From contig OZ024742.1 of NCBI GenBank assembly GCA_964016885.1, positions 263,686,001 to 263,750,000 of the forward strand: DNA of 64,000 nucleotides, in the 5' to 3' direction. Origin of the DNA: Eledone cirrhosa (lineage: Eukaryota). This document shows positions 35,796-51,600 of the stretch, one piece after another. Both the position numbers and the translations under genes were made by a program. The notes beneath the pieces are model-generated. The model was given only the letters and a program-made list of their open reading frames with translations, did no database searches and had not been told where the DNA came from. The stretch's first letter is position 1; each line of letters opens with the position of its first letter.

Positions 35796-36740
35796 TTTAA
35801 TTTATTTAATCGATAATGCGTTCCTATAACATTTTAAGCTTTTTGCCTGCATTAGGGATGAATATTAGGGTAAACGATTTTATTGCAGTTATTTTTCTTG
35901 TTTGTTTGTCAGTTCTGATCATCTGAGATTATCCATGTAATCAGTACGGAAAAAATCCTTGAAATTGCGTACTAATTATAAGGATAGCCTCAGATGATAG
36001 AAGCTTCTCATTTCATTATAATACATATGTGAGACTCTATTGCATGGGTGAAAGGGTCGACTTTGCATTTCATCTTTCTGTGATATACAACCAATTTTAG
36101 AAGACAGTCTACAAATTTAACAAGAAAAACGCTACTGGTGATCTGCAGGGACCATCTTGCCATCACTATTCTAAGCTGTATAAAGACGACAGAATTAAAG
36201 CGAAGTATAATAGAAATTTATTCCTTTTGCTCGGTAAAATTTAGATAAATTGAAATGCATTTCTTTATCAAATAAATCGGTTTCAAAATTTCTTCTGATA
36301 ATAAATTAACTGCCATCTAATATGTTATAACTTTATTAGCTGTCTTTTACTCCGATAGCTTGAAATTACATAGCAAGCGAACTAACATATTCGTCATATT
36401 GATTTGCATCATTTTAACGAAACTTTAAAACTTTGGTAGTAGGAAATATAACTTCTCTGCAGAAGAAACACAATTTCCAAACCTATCCAGGTATGATGAA
36501 CTTTTCTTTAAGTTTAAATTAGATATTGATTTCTAACACATGCACATGGCAGGGAATAGTTAAGTATATCGATCACAGTACTTGGTGGCTACATATCTTC
36601 AACGGTCTTGAAACAATGAAAGATAAAGATGACCTAGACAGGACTAAAAAAATAAGCAGTCGTAATTAAAAATCACAACGCATTTTGTCCGATGGTCTCA
36701 CGATTATACCAATCTACCTTAGCTTCAATTTAATATGCGT

Positions 36741-36850
36741 TTTTACTTTTGGCACAAGGCCAGCAATTTGAAACGAAGGGGAAGTCGACTAAATCGACCC
36801 CATACGGATGAAAGGCAAAGCTAACTGCAGCGGGATTTGAACTCAGAACG
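36741..36850 (-). mobile_element. Partial SINE
   Basis: Tail, central domain and B box only. Confidence 0.7.
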
Positions 36851-37077
36851 TATGTAACTACATACCATAAATCATGTCGTCCGTTATATATATAAAATAA
36901 ATATAATCTGAGTCCTTCGAATATCAACAATAACACCCGATTCGTTTGCAATTATACAAACAAGCCTCAATTTTATAGCCATGTCAGTAGAATGAACACT
37001 TCATTCTTGCTCTTGTGTTGGCATGCGAACAGAACTGAAATTTTCTTTTTCTTTTATACCCCCCCCCCCCCCACACA

Positions 37078-37155
<78 letters not shown>

Positions 37156-37429
37156 CATATCATGTTAAGTATTTCCGTGGAAAAGGTAAAGGAAAGAAGA
37201 GTGCTCTATGTAGACTACAGAGCTATTTAGTTATGTAATAAACAACACAATATAATCATTACATTACCCAAGGTTTCACGAAGTTAGACGATTCTAACAG
37301 AAACGTCTGATAACACTCATTATCTATTATAAATGAAAGTGAGGCTGAAATAAAATAACGGAAAAAAATATATGTACACACAGAATCAGATATACATAGA
37401 TGCGCTCATACGTAAAATTAGGGATAAAG

Positions 37430-37464
<35 letters not shown>

Positions 37465-37749
37465 TAGACACACTTATATGAAGATACACGTATACACATA
37501 CATACAAACATTCATATAGATAAATATATCTATATACTTATAGACACATGGATGCATGTATTTAAAAACCGTCATAAGTATGTACACACACATAAAATAC
37601 GGACGATGACACATATACATACGTACATACACATAATTTGACTCCTACAACTCAGGAACTGTTTTACTCGTTTGAAATCATAGTTAAAGAAACCGCAACA
37701 ACAATAGTTTTTAGTACATAAGTCAGCAGAGAAAACATCAACAATACAA

Positions 37750-40700
37750 CTGGTCAATATAGATTATGTGAAAGAAATGAAAGGAGTGACTAACAGACCC
37801 TTTTTCGCCAAAGAAACAATTTAGCAGTCAACAATACTCTATTCCAACAACTACTAAGCAACTATACACGTGGAGGATCCCAGATGTTAGAGCAAAAAAT
37901 CAGATAGACTATATTGATAAAACGATGGTTTAGAAACGGTGTGCAATTTACAAAAACACACCGAGGCAGACATATTTTCAAACAATAATTCCATAGTAAT
38001 TAAGTTACAAATCGAACTCAAGAAAATGAAAATGGCTAAAAGAGCAGAACAATAAAACTTGTCAATACACTCGGAATACAAACATAAATATAATGTAGAA
38101 ATAGGACACAATTATGGATATTTCTACAATGAAGATGAAACCGAAGAACAATCTAATTAGGAAAGAAAATAGAATAAAATATAAGAAAACACTGTCTGAT
38201 AGGGAATAGTAAAAGAAGAAAAATGATGAATGGTGAGATACTAACAACTATGGCAGAAACAGATGTACAAGAATAAATAACAAGGCAGATGTAACACCGT
38301 AAATAAGAGATCTGTTCTGAATGTAGAAAAGTAAAAACACTCCTTCCAGCTGATCCTGTCAGAAGCAACCGTCTCCAACTGATCTGACTGGATACCCAAA
38401 TCAGACCAGCCGAGCTCATGGATGTTATCAGCCATCTTGCTAGGCTCTACCCCTGGGTCTCATGCCAGTTGGTTTTACCTGTAAAATTTGTCCAGCGATT
38501 CTTTCCTTAGGCGTTCTAGCCACATGTCCATAGTATCGGAGCTGTGACCGCTCAATTCGGAGGAGTAGCGGCTCTACCTGGAGTGACTCTCTGATCTCTG
38601 AGCCACACACTCTATCGAGTAACGTTACTCCAAAGACCCTTCGGAGGAACCCTATTTCGACCACTTGTATTCGCAATTATATTCTTTCGGTCATTATCCA
38701 AGATTCATGACCAAAGGTAAGGGTTGGCAGGAATACAGAATTGAAAACAGGGAGTTTGGTTTTTACACCTACCTCCCTTCTTCTGATTACTGAATGCTGA
38801 AGCGCGTGCATTACTGCATCAGCTCCTGCAATTCTTGCACTTAATTCAGTCTCTTGCCTTCCATCACTCGGGAACACGATCCCGAGGTACTTGAACTTCT
38901 CTACTTGCTTCAGTGGAACTCCATTTACACGTAGAGTGCACTGCGCAGGCTTCCTTGAGGGGAGGAACGTCTCAGTTTTCACAGCACTGATTTTCATTGC
39001 AGCCATACAGCACTCGGCATAAATCCTATCAAGTACAAGTCGGAGATCACCACTTGTTGAGTTATGTAACACCATGTTGTCTGTAAATTCCAGCCGACTG
39101 ATTTTACATCCGCCAGTCATGATACCACTTCCAACTTGGCTACGCATGTCAATCCTATCCAGGAAAATAATGACCAGGAGAGGTGACAGTACGCACCCTT
39201 GGCGGAATCCGACTCCCACATTGAATGGTTTCAATTTAGCACCAGTTATCCGAACACAAATACTCAGGTATTCATATATAGGCATCAGGGCAGCAAGAAG
39301 CTGACCATCGATCCCATACTCCCGCAGAACCTCCCACAGCAGATCCCGTGTAACGCGGTCATATGCCTTCTCAAGGTCGACAATACAAGAATATACCTCT
39401 TGGCAATACTCCCGCCGTTTCCCGAAGACTTGCCGCAGTGTGAATATTTGGTCGTCTGTGCTGCGCCCGGGGCGAAAACCGCACTAGCTTGGACTCAACA
39501 ATATCTTTGCATCTCTTTGTATAGGCTTTACTGGGGAGGCTTAACAATGAGATTTCTCTGTAGTTAGAACAATCTCTCTTGTCTCCCTTTTTGAAAAATT
39601 GGGATTATCATTTCCGATTGCCATTGCTTAGGTGCCTTTTCAGAGATCCAGGCCACTTGGCAAACACGAGTCAGCCAGAGAATACTTTCTCTATTTAAGG
39701 CTTTTAACATCTCGGGCCGGATTTCATCTTCCCCTGTGGCCTTGCCACATTTGAGCTCTTTAACTGCTCTTGTGACGTCAACCTCTGAGAGATTAGTCAC
39801 CGCTCCCTGATGCACCTCGTGTACATCAGAAGATGCTGTTGTGATCGGGTTTATGAGAGCAGTAAAGTATTTTCTCCACCTCACGAGGATGCACCTCTCT
39901 GAAGAGAGAAGAACCCCAGACGCGTTCTTGATAGCAGGTGTAGAGGAGGGCTTCTTATTACAAAGTCGGTAGGTGGTCTGCCAGAACATTTTATTTGCTG
40001 ATCTGATGTCGAACTTCAGCTTAACCCCAAAGTCCTCTCATGTCTTAACTTTGGACGCATTTTCTGTCTCTGCTGTAATTCTCCGTGCCCGCTTTTACTG
40101 CAAGTGCAAGAAGGAGGACTTATTTCCAATATTTCCAAGCCAAGCTTTGTAAGCCTCCATCTTTGCTCAGTTGGCATCTTTAACCTCTTAATTGAACCAA
40201 GGCGTCCTCCTGCCATCTGGTGCCACAGCATTATAGGTAGAGCTGTTTTGATAGAGAACGGTTCACAGGTGGCGGATAGCGAAGATGGCTAGTTGCGATA
40301 AAAGCGGGAAACTGCCGGACGAATAAGCAACCCCGGATCAAAAGCGGTAAACTACTAGGGGAGACAGAGCAATGGGTGACACTTGTAGCTCGCAAGAAAA
40401 CTCTCACAACACAGCGACGTGGCTACGACGAGGCGAGTAAAGGCTGCATCTAAAAAAAGCCTAGTCTTCACTGGTTTGACAAAGTACCAGATTGGTGGCT
40501 GGCACAAATAAGACTACTAAAATTGAAACTGCAATATGATGATGAAAACTAAAAAGCACTTTAGCCATTTAAATCTATATACCGAGCAGATCATTAGAGA
40601 AATAGACGGCACGACAAGAGTGTCAATAACATATGTGAATATCAACAACCTTATATATGTCTTATTAACTTTTAACAGAAACTTGTAACTCCGGTAAATG

Positions 40701-41270
40701 ACAAAATAATTTCCTGGAGAACGGACATGACCGTAAAAACAAGCCCCCCCTCCCCCCAAAAAATCAATGATAGTCTGTAGGAAACAAGAGTCATCAAAAT
40801 TAAATACTACGATTGAGGGAGAACCAATCGAGGTAAGATAAAACATAATATACCAATCAGATAATATATGCACCCAGAAAACGGAAAATGTTACATTTAT
40901 TAGCATCATGAAACATTGATATTGGAACCAGAAAAAAAGAAAAAGATTATTAAAATGTTATGTATGTTCGTTTCTACTACATGGAGCTGAACAATGGACA
41001 GAAATATTAACAAAAGTATTATCAAATAGATTACAAGTCTTTAAGATGTATGCAAATGGAAGGCCATTGAGAATATCATGCAGAGAAAACAAAACCACTA
41101 TTGGTGATTTTGTTTGCATGGTGTTTTGGAAGCATTAAAAATGGCAAACACTATGAAAGTTTTATGAGACACCTTCAAATGATTTACAGAAACTGTTAAT
41201 AGATGGCCAAATAAATGGGAAGAGAGGATGAGAAAAAGCAAGCTTTACGTAGATGGATAATGGAATGGAC
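37750..41270 (+). mobile_element. Old RTE/BovB-like LINE interrupted by a nested element
   Basis: Endonuclease motif YTW..NQIDYI near 37860-37920; C-terminal KRLLKCYV..LLHGAEQWT and LQKLLIDGQING near 40940-41220. Confidence 0.7.
38340..40240 (-). mobile_element. Nested decayed RTE-clade LINE
   Basis: GKATGEDEIRPEML, GFRQGCVLSP, FTDN (decayed YADD), FKYLG, RPRGR C-terminus; multiple frameshifts. Confidence 0.9.
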
Positions 41271-41444
41271 CTTCGTTGGTTTCGACGATTAGTGTTCGTT
41301 CCAGTTGATTTTCCGACGGAATAATCTGCTCATGAAATTAACGTAGCTGAGCATTGCCCAGACATGTATATCCCTAACAGAATCTCAGGGAGACTCAACA
41401 TAACACAGTGTGCGTGACAAGATCTGGTCCTCTCAATTACATGT

Positions 41445-41570
41445 ACAGTCCATCCAACGGGCTTCCCAACAGTTTACTGTCTACCAAATTTCACTCAGAA
41501 GGCATGGGTGGATCCGAGGTTATAGTAAATGATACTTGCCCAATATGTCACGTAATGGGATCGAACCCAC
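41445..41570 (-). mobile_element. Second SINE family (CORE-like), decayed
   Basis: Minus strand GGTTCGATCCC ... TTGGGCAAGT ... TTTGGTAGAC ... GAAGCCCG. Confidence 0.6.
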
Positions 41571-42159
41571 AGAAGGATAATATCAAGAAATAGGCAGACA
41601 TAAAATAAAGTGAATCTATAAGAAGAGCACAAGAAATACCGAGATAGCGTTCCATGTTATTCAACCTACCGAGACCAGTCAATACCTAACGACGACGATG
41701 ATGATGATGATGATGATGTTTTAATATTCACACCATGTGATTTACGTATTGCGTCTCGCGAGTGCATATGTAATTTAGTTAAATTCAAATATCTTTCATT
41801 TGTGCTCCGACAGAAGAATGCTCGTTTCTACTACATGGAGCTGAAATTTAATAGGCACCCACCTACTCATTTACATATAATATATATGAGACTACATGAC
41901 ATTACATTAGCTTATATTGCTCTATTCATATGACTGAAATGTTTTTCATCATAGGTCTGCACGTATATAGCTGACCTGCGGCTAATATATACAACAAACA
42001 ATAACGCTATCACCACAGTATGTGAAATGTCAATCAACATGAAAACATGATTTAGTGAAGCTGCCAAATATTCGTTCTGTGACCTTTAACATAACATCAG
42101 TGACCAGTGCATTCGTGTGTTTGCCATTTCTGGGTGAAACTGGCTACCCTGATCGTCAC

Positions 42160-45100
42160 CTCGTTCCAGTTCTCATCCACCTGGCGGTCTGGTCCGTCCA
42201 GCACCCGACGACGCTGTTGGACGGCATGGACTTGACTCTTCAGGTGCCGAGCTGCAAGCCCACCGACTTTTCCGGGTTAAGTTTCGCTCCCGTCAGCCTT
42301 TCATACTCATCCAATAAGGTGCCAACACAGCCTTTCCGCGTCTCAGTTCGAGACTGCAACAGCTCCAGCTTCCGCAGCAAAGGCTCGTGAGTCAATACGT
42401 ACATAAGGGAGGAGTGAGGGCACCCTTGACGGATCGACCAGGAGATCTGAAACGGTTCCGAGAGGTGGCCATTAACTTTGACCACTGAGCAGATGCCGCT
42501 GTGCATTGCAGCGATCCAGCTTCTGAAGACGGGGCCGAAGCCAGCTGCCTTGAGGACAGCCTCCAGGTACCGATATTCGACCCTATCAAATTCTTTCGAT
42601 TGATCTAAAATGATCTGAGCCACACCGAAGCCAGGTTTACACCCTATCCTCTCAAGATGTAGCACATGAGTTGGAGGTTGACGTGTATGGATCTGGTCTG
42701 GATCGCGAAAGTTTGTACCTTCCCAACCAAATCATCGATGAAAAGCAGTAACCTCTTCGCTAACACCTTGGTCAAAATCTTAAACTCTGTGTTAAGCAGA
42801 GTTATGGGCCTGAAATTACCTAATGTGCTCCTCTTGTTCTCGTCTTTCCGTATCAACGTCACTACGCCCCGGCTCACAGAACTGGGAAGACTATCGTTCT
42901 GCTGTCAGTTGCAGTAGAGCGTTTCGAGGACATCGGAGAATAAGTCTGGTATATTTACGTAAGGCTCGTAGGGCAGGTCATCCAAACTGGGTGACTTGCA
43001 CCTCGTGCAGCCGACAAGGGCATCTTGAATTTCGGCTGAAGTTATTGGCCTTTCGCAGCGCTCAACATCGAACGTCGAGAGATGCGGCAAGCCGCCAAGG
43101 TGGAGACTGAAGTCCACTACCGTCTCTGACCCGCCACTACCCATAAACAACCGAGCAAAGTGCTGGCGAGGGGCCTCACACATCCGTCTGCATTCGTTCA
43201 GCTCGTGTCCGCCTCGGTCCGACAAAACCGAATTGTTGTTTTATTACTACGCTGTGCCTTTGCCTTGCGGGCCCATCGAACAGCTTTGGTTCCCTCGTTT
43301 CTCAGAGCACGCGCATTAGCCCTGACAATGCAACCTTCTTGTTTCGCATTGAAGAAATGGTCTAATGCCATTCTTGTCGCTAGCACGTCAGTTGCAATGC
43401 CAATTCAAATAGCCTCGTCTAACTTAGCTACCAGCTTCCCCTCCTTTCTATTTTTCTCTAACGCTATTTCTTTGGTAAACCCAACTTTTTCTTAACTAAA
43501 TTGTTGACCCGGATCCTCTAAGCCTTACATGACATGCCGGAAATGACATGTTCTGCTTACAGTAACCAGGTCTTAACCGACGGGTCTCATCTAGATCCAC
43601 CACACAGATCACAGACTTGTAATCTAAATAGGCGACCGTTTTAAAACTTGGACAGCCTACACTATTTCTATCTATTTTCGTAATGAAAATCCTGTCTATA
43701 TACGATCTAGATGACCCTATGCGCTTGGTCCAGGTCCACACTGGCGCATTAAGGAAAGCTAGTCGGTATCTGTCAGACAGTTGGAACTGGCTGATCAAGT
43801 ACTTGAGGCTTTTGCACCTCCCGCTCCTATCAGATACTCCCACACAATCCCAGCGTGCGTCTAAGATGCCGTCCAGTCCTCCGCTAACAATAAAGGGCGA
43901 GACGTACCCAGAAAGGCTTCCAGGCACCTAAAGAAGTTCGACCGTCCTGCCCCGGCCGGGGCGTAGAGGGCCACCAGTCTAAAGGCACCACCTTCGCTAT
44001 TGTTCACGTCCAGGTGCACCAACTTACCGTCCGGGTGCCGGAAGATCAATCTTACCCCGAGATTCAGGCTTTCCTAAACAGCACAGCCACCCCATCTCTC
44101 ATTCCCAACAGACTAACAGATGCGAAGATATGATAGTCGTCGAAAAATGGGGGTTAGTGTGCGCTTCTCGGAAATCCTGGTCTCGCTGATGGTAATTACA
44201 TACATCTCTTGAGACCTGAGGTCATTGAGCAGGCGACCCTGCTTCCAGGGTGACCCCAGGCCACGAACATTTAAACTTCAAACTCTTAATATGGCCATGT
44301 TGGCAGGATAAAAGAGAGAGGAAAGGTTTATTTACCTCCCGGGGTCTTGTGGAGGTCGGGTGGTTCAACTTCCATAATTGGTGGGGTTACTTTTGGGAAA
44401 TCCTTTAACAGTTTCGATGTGAGTTTCACGTTCGGGGTTCCCATGTCACGAGAAAAGCTCTCTGGAATGTCTTTGTCGGAATCGAGCGACATTCGTACCA
44501 GAAACAAATCTTCTGGCACGCGAAATGGGCTTCATTCAAAAATCACCCCCTCTGTTTGAATTCCTTCACTTCATGCTACGAGGCCATCAATTTCTCGTCG
44601 GCCCTTCTGACAAGCACAAATATTTTTATGTTTTGTTGGTGCGGTTTTATTTGTTTGCATTCGGGGGACTGTGGTGGTGATGGTTTTGTTGGTGTTGTTT
44701 CGGGTGTGGCGCCTGCAATTTCAGGTGTCTGTGTGTTTATTTGTTCTTGTGTCTGTTTAGGTTGTTTGCATTTGGGTGATAATGGTGGTGGTGTTGGTGC
44801 TGTTGGGGAAGTGTTTGCGTGGGTGGTGTCTGCATTTTTTGTTGTGGGTGTTTTTGTGCTTTGTGGGGGCTTCTTCTTTCTGTGTTTTCTTTTTTGTTTT
44901 TTGGCGGATTTGGGTTTCCCCTCATCTTCACTAATGAAAGATGAGGGGCCTGTTGCTGTAATTGTGTCTGTGTCTGTGTGTGCCTTTATGGCTTTGCCCA
45001 TGTGGTGGTGGGTTGGTTTTGGGTTTGGCGGAGGTTCGACTGTTGTTGCTGTTGGTGGGTCTGCCGGTGTCGGTGCAGGTGGAGTTTTCCGTCTCGGCAT

Positions 45101-45170
45101 TAAAATGCCACGGTGACCCTGACCACCAGGGCAAGTTCCCTCTCCCAGTTTTCCACCCCCAATCTAAATA
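42160..45170 (-). mobile_element. Decayed Tx1/L1-clade LINE related to 56800-62832
   Basis: ORF2 remnants colinear with 59144-61450 (APE; NFRPITLLNTEFKIL; DQSKEFDRV); Pro/Thr-rich ORF1 C-terminal half; many stops and frameshifts. Confidence 0.92.
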
Positions 45171-45178
45171 ATATATAC

Positions 45179-45241
<63 letters not shown>

Positions 45242-45684
45242 GGTATGTATGTGTGTATGTATGTATATATATATATATGTATGTATGTATGTGTGTGTGT
45301 GTGTGTGTGTGTGTGCTTGTACTCCATAATCGAGCTTTTCTTCACTCAAAAAAAATTTTATTTTCGTTTTTTATTACTTTTAGCCTTCTTTTCTTTCTTT
45401 CTCTTTTCTTACCTTTATACTTTTACTTGTTTCTTTCCCTCTTTTATATATTTATTTTTTACATTCTCACTTTGTTTTAATTCCCATCTTATTCCAATTA
45501 AGTCATCAAACAGTACCACGTGCACAATAACATAATCACCACACACAATATACTCCCCACACACATCTTCTATATACTACCACACATGCTAAGCGTAAAC
45601 AACATGCCAAATACACACACACAGGTAAACACACAACTTCGCCTCACATACACACATACCCACACGTATACACTAAAACACTCA

Positions 45685-48600
45685 CACAACATATACACAA
45701 CATCACACATCCACACAGACACTAACATATCACAAACTACCACACACAACATATACACAACATCACACATCCACACAGACATTAGCATACCACACACTAC
45801 CACACACAACATATACACCACATCACACATCCACACAGACACTAGCATACCACACACTACCACACACAACATATACACAACATCACACATCCACACAGAC
45901 ACTAACATACCACACACTACCACACACAACATATACACAACATCACACATCCACACAGACACTAGCATACCACACACTACCACACACAACATATACACAA
46001 CATCACACATCCACACAGACACTAGCATACCACACACTACCACACACAACATATACACAACATCACACATCCACACAGACACTAACATATCACACACTAC
46101 CACACACAACATATACACCACATCACACATCCACACAGACACTAACATACCACACACTACCACACACAACATATACATAACATCACACATCCACACAGAC
46201 ACTAACATACCACACACTACCACACACAACATATACACAACATCACACATCCACACAGACACTAACATACCACACACTACCACACACAACATATACACAA
46301 CATCACACATCCACACAGACACTAACATACAACACACTACCACACACAACATATACACAACATCACACATCCACACAGACACTAACATACCACACACTAC
46401 CAAACACAACATATACACAACATCACACATCCACACAGACACTAACATACCACACACTACCACACACAACATATACACAACATCACACATCCACACAGAC
46501 ACTAACATACCACACACTACCACACACAACATATACACAACATCACACATCCACACAGACACTAACATACCACACACTACCACACACAACATATACACCA
46601 CATCACACATCCACACAGACACTAACATACCACACACTACCACACACAACATATACACAACATCACACATCCACACAGACACTAACATACCACACACTAC
46701 CACACACAACATATACACAACATCACACATCCACACAGACACTAACATACAACACACTACCACACACAACATATACATAACATCACACATCCACACAGAC
46801 ACTAACATACCACACACTACCACACACAACATATACACAACATCACACATCCACACAGACACTAACATACCACACACTACCACACACAACATATACATAA
46901 CATCACACATCCACACAGACACTAACATACCACACACTACCACACACAACATATACACAACATCACACATCCACACAGACACTAACATACCACACACTAC
47001 CACACACAACATATACACAACATCACACATCCACACATACACTAACATACCACACACTACCACACACAACGTATACATAACATCACACATCCACACAGAC
47101 ACTAACATACCACACACTACCACACACAACATATACACAACATCACACATCCACACAGACACTAACATACCACACACTACCACACACAACATATACACAA
47201 CATCACACATCCACACAGACACTAACATACCACACACTACCACACACAACATATACATAACATCACACATCCACACAGACACTAACATACCACACACTAC
47301 CACACACAACATATACACCACATCACACATCCACACAGACACTAACATATCACACACTACCACACACAACATATACACCACATCACACATCCACACAGAC
47401 ACTAACATATCACACACTACCACACACAACATATACACAACATCACACATCCACACAGACACTAACATATCACACACTACCACACACAACATATACATAA
47501 CATCACACATCCACACAGACACTAACATACCACACACTACCACACACAACATATACACCACATCACACATCCACACAGACACTAACATATCACACACTAC
47601 CACACACAACATATACACCACATCACACATCCACACAGACACTAACATATCACACACTACCACACACAACATATACACCACATCACACATCCACACAGAC
47701 ACTAACATACCACACACTACCACACACAACATATACACCACATCACACATCCACACAGACACTAACATACCACACACTACCACACACAACATATACACCA
47801 CATCACACATCCACACAGACACTAACATACCACACACTACCACACACAACATATACACCACATCACACATCCACACAGACACTAACATACCACACACTAC
47901 CACACACAACATATACACAACATCACACATCCACACAGACACTAACATACCACACACTACCACACACAACATATACACAACATCACACATCCACACAGAC
48001 ACTAACATACCACACACTACCACACACAACATATACACAACATCACACATCCAGACAGACACTAACATACCACACACTACCACACACAACATATACACAA
48101 CATCACACATCCACACAGACACTAACATACCACACACTACCACACACAACATATACACCACATCACACATCCACACAGACACTAACATACCACACACTAC
48201 CACACACAACATATACATAGCATCACACATCCACACAGACACTAACATACCACACACTACCACACACAACATATACACAACATCACACATCCACACAGAC
48301 ACTAACATACCACACACTACCACACACAACATATACACAACATCACACATCCACACAGACACTAACATACCACACACTACCACACACAACATATACACAA
48401 CATCACACATCCACACAGACACTAACATACCACACACTACCACACACAACATATGCACCACATCACACATCCACACAGACACTAACATATCACAAACTAC
48501 CACACACAACATATACACAACATTACACATCCACACAGACACAACATACCACACACTACCACACACAACATATACACCACATCACACATCCACACAGACA

Positions 48601-51600
48601 CTAACATACCACACACTACCACACACAACATATACATAACATCACACATCCACACAGACACTAACATACCACACACTACCACACACAACATATACATAAC
48701 ATCACACATCCACACAGACACTAACATACCACACACTACCACACACAACATATACACAACATCACACATCCACACAGACACTAACATACCACACACTACC
48801 ACACACAACATATACACAACATCACACATCCACACAGACACTAACATATCACACACTACCACACACGACATATACACCACATCACACATCCACACAGACA
48901 CTAACATACCACACACTACCACACACAACATATACACAACATCACACATCCACACAGACACTAACATACCACACACTACGACACACAACATATACACCAC
49001 ATCACACATCCACACAGACACTAACATACCACACACTACCACACACAACATATACACGACATCACACATCCACAAAGACACTAACATACCACACACTACC
49101 ACACACAACATATACACCACATCACACATCCACACAGACACTAACATACCACACACTACCACACACAACATATACACAACATCACACATCCACACAGACA
49201 CTAACATACCACACACTACCACACACAACATATACACCACATCACACATCCACACAGACACTAACATACCACACACTACCACACACAACATATACACAAC
49301 ATCACACATCCACAAAGACACTAACATACCACACACTACCACACACAACATATACACAACATCACACATCCACACAGACACGAACATACCACACACTACC
49401 ACACACAACATATACACATCACACATCCACACAGACACTAACATACCACACACTACCACACACAACATATACACAACATCACACATCCACACAGACACTA
49501 ACATACCACACACTACCACACACAACATATACACAACATCACACATCCACACAGACACTAACATATCACACACTACCACACACAGCATATACATAACATC
49601 ACACATCCACACAGACACTAACATATCACACACTACCACACACATCATATACACCACATCACACATCCACACAGACACTAGCATACCACACACTACCACA
49701 CACAACATATACACCACATCACACATCCACACAGCCACTAACATACCACACACTACCACACACAACATATACACAACATCACACATCCACACAGACACTA
49801 ACATACCACACACTACCACACACAACATATACACAACATCACACATCCACACAGACACTAACATACCACACACTACCACACACAACATATACATAACATC
49901 ACACATCCACACAGACACTAACATACCACACACTACCACACACAACATATACACAACATCACACATCCACACATACACTAACATACCACACACTACCACA
50001 CACAACATATACACAACATCACACATCCACACAGACACTAACATACCACACACTACCACACACAACATATACACAACATCACACATCCACACAGACACTA
50101 ACATACCACACACTACTACACACAACATATACACAACATCACACATCCACACAGACACTAACATACCACACACTACCACACACAACATATACACCACATC
50201 ACACATCCACACAGACACTAACATACCACACACTACCACACACAACATATACACAACATCACACATCCACACAGACATTAACATACCATACACTACCACA
50301 CACAACGTATACACCACATCACACATCCACACAGACACTAACATACCACACACTACCACACACAACATATACACAACATCACACATCCACACAGACACTA
50401 ACATACCACACACTACCACACACAACATATACACCACATCACACATCCACACAGACACTAACATACCACACACTACCACACACAACATATACACAACATC
50501 ACACATCCACACAGACACTAACATACCACACACTACCACACACAACATATACACCACATCACACATCCACACAGACACTAACATACCACACACTACCACA
50601 CACAACATATACACGACATCACACATCCACACAGACACTAACATACGACACACTACCACACACAACATATACACCACATCACACATCCACACAGACACTA
50701 ACATACGACACACTACCACACAAAACATATACACAACATCACACATCCACACAGACACTAACATACGACACACTACCACACACAACATATATACATCACA
50801 CATCCACACAGACACTAACATACCACACACTACCACACACAACATATACACAACATCACACATCCACACAGACACTAACAAACCACACACTACCACACAC
50901 AACATATACACCACATCACACATCCACACAGACACTAACATACCACACACTACCACACACAACATATACATAACATCACACAGACACACAGACACTAACA
51001 TACCACACACTACCACACACAACATATACACAACATCACACATCCACACAGACACTAACATACCACACACTACCACACACAACATATACACTACATCACA
51101 CATCCACACAGACACTAACATATCACACACTACCACACACAACATATACACAACATCACACATCCACACAGACACTAACATACCACACACTACCACACAC
51201 AACATATACACCACATCACACATCCACACAGACACTAACATACCACACACTACCACACACAACATATACACAACATCACACATCCACACAGACACTAACA
51301 GACCACACACTACCACACACAACATATACACTACATCACACATCCACACAGACACTAACATACCACACACTACCACACACAACATATACATAACATCACA
51401 CATCCACACAGACACTAACATACCACACACTACCACACACAACATATACACAACATCACACATCCACACAGACACTAACATACCACACACTACCACACAC
51501 AACATATACACTACATCACACATCCACACAGACACTAACATACCACACACTACCACACACAACATATACATAACATCACACATCCACACAGACACTAACA

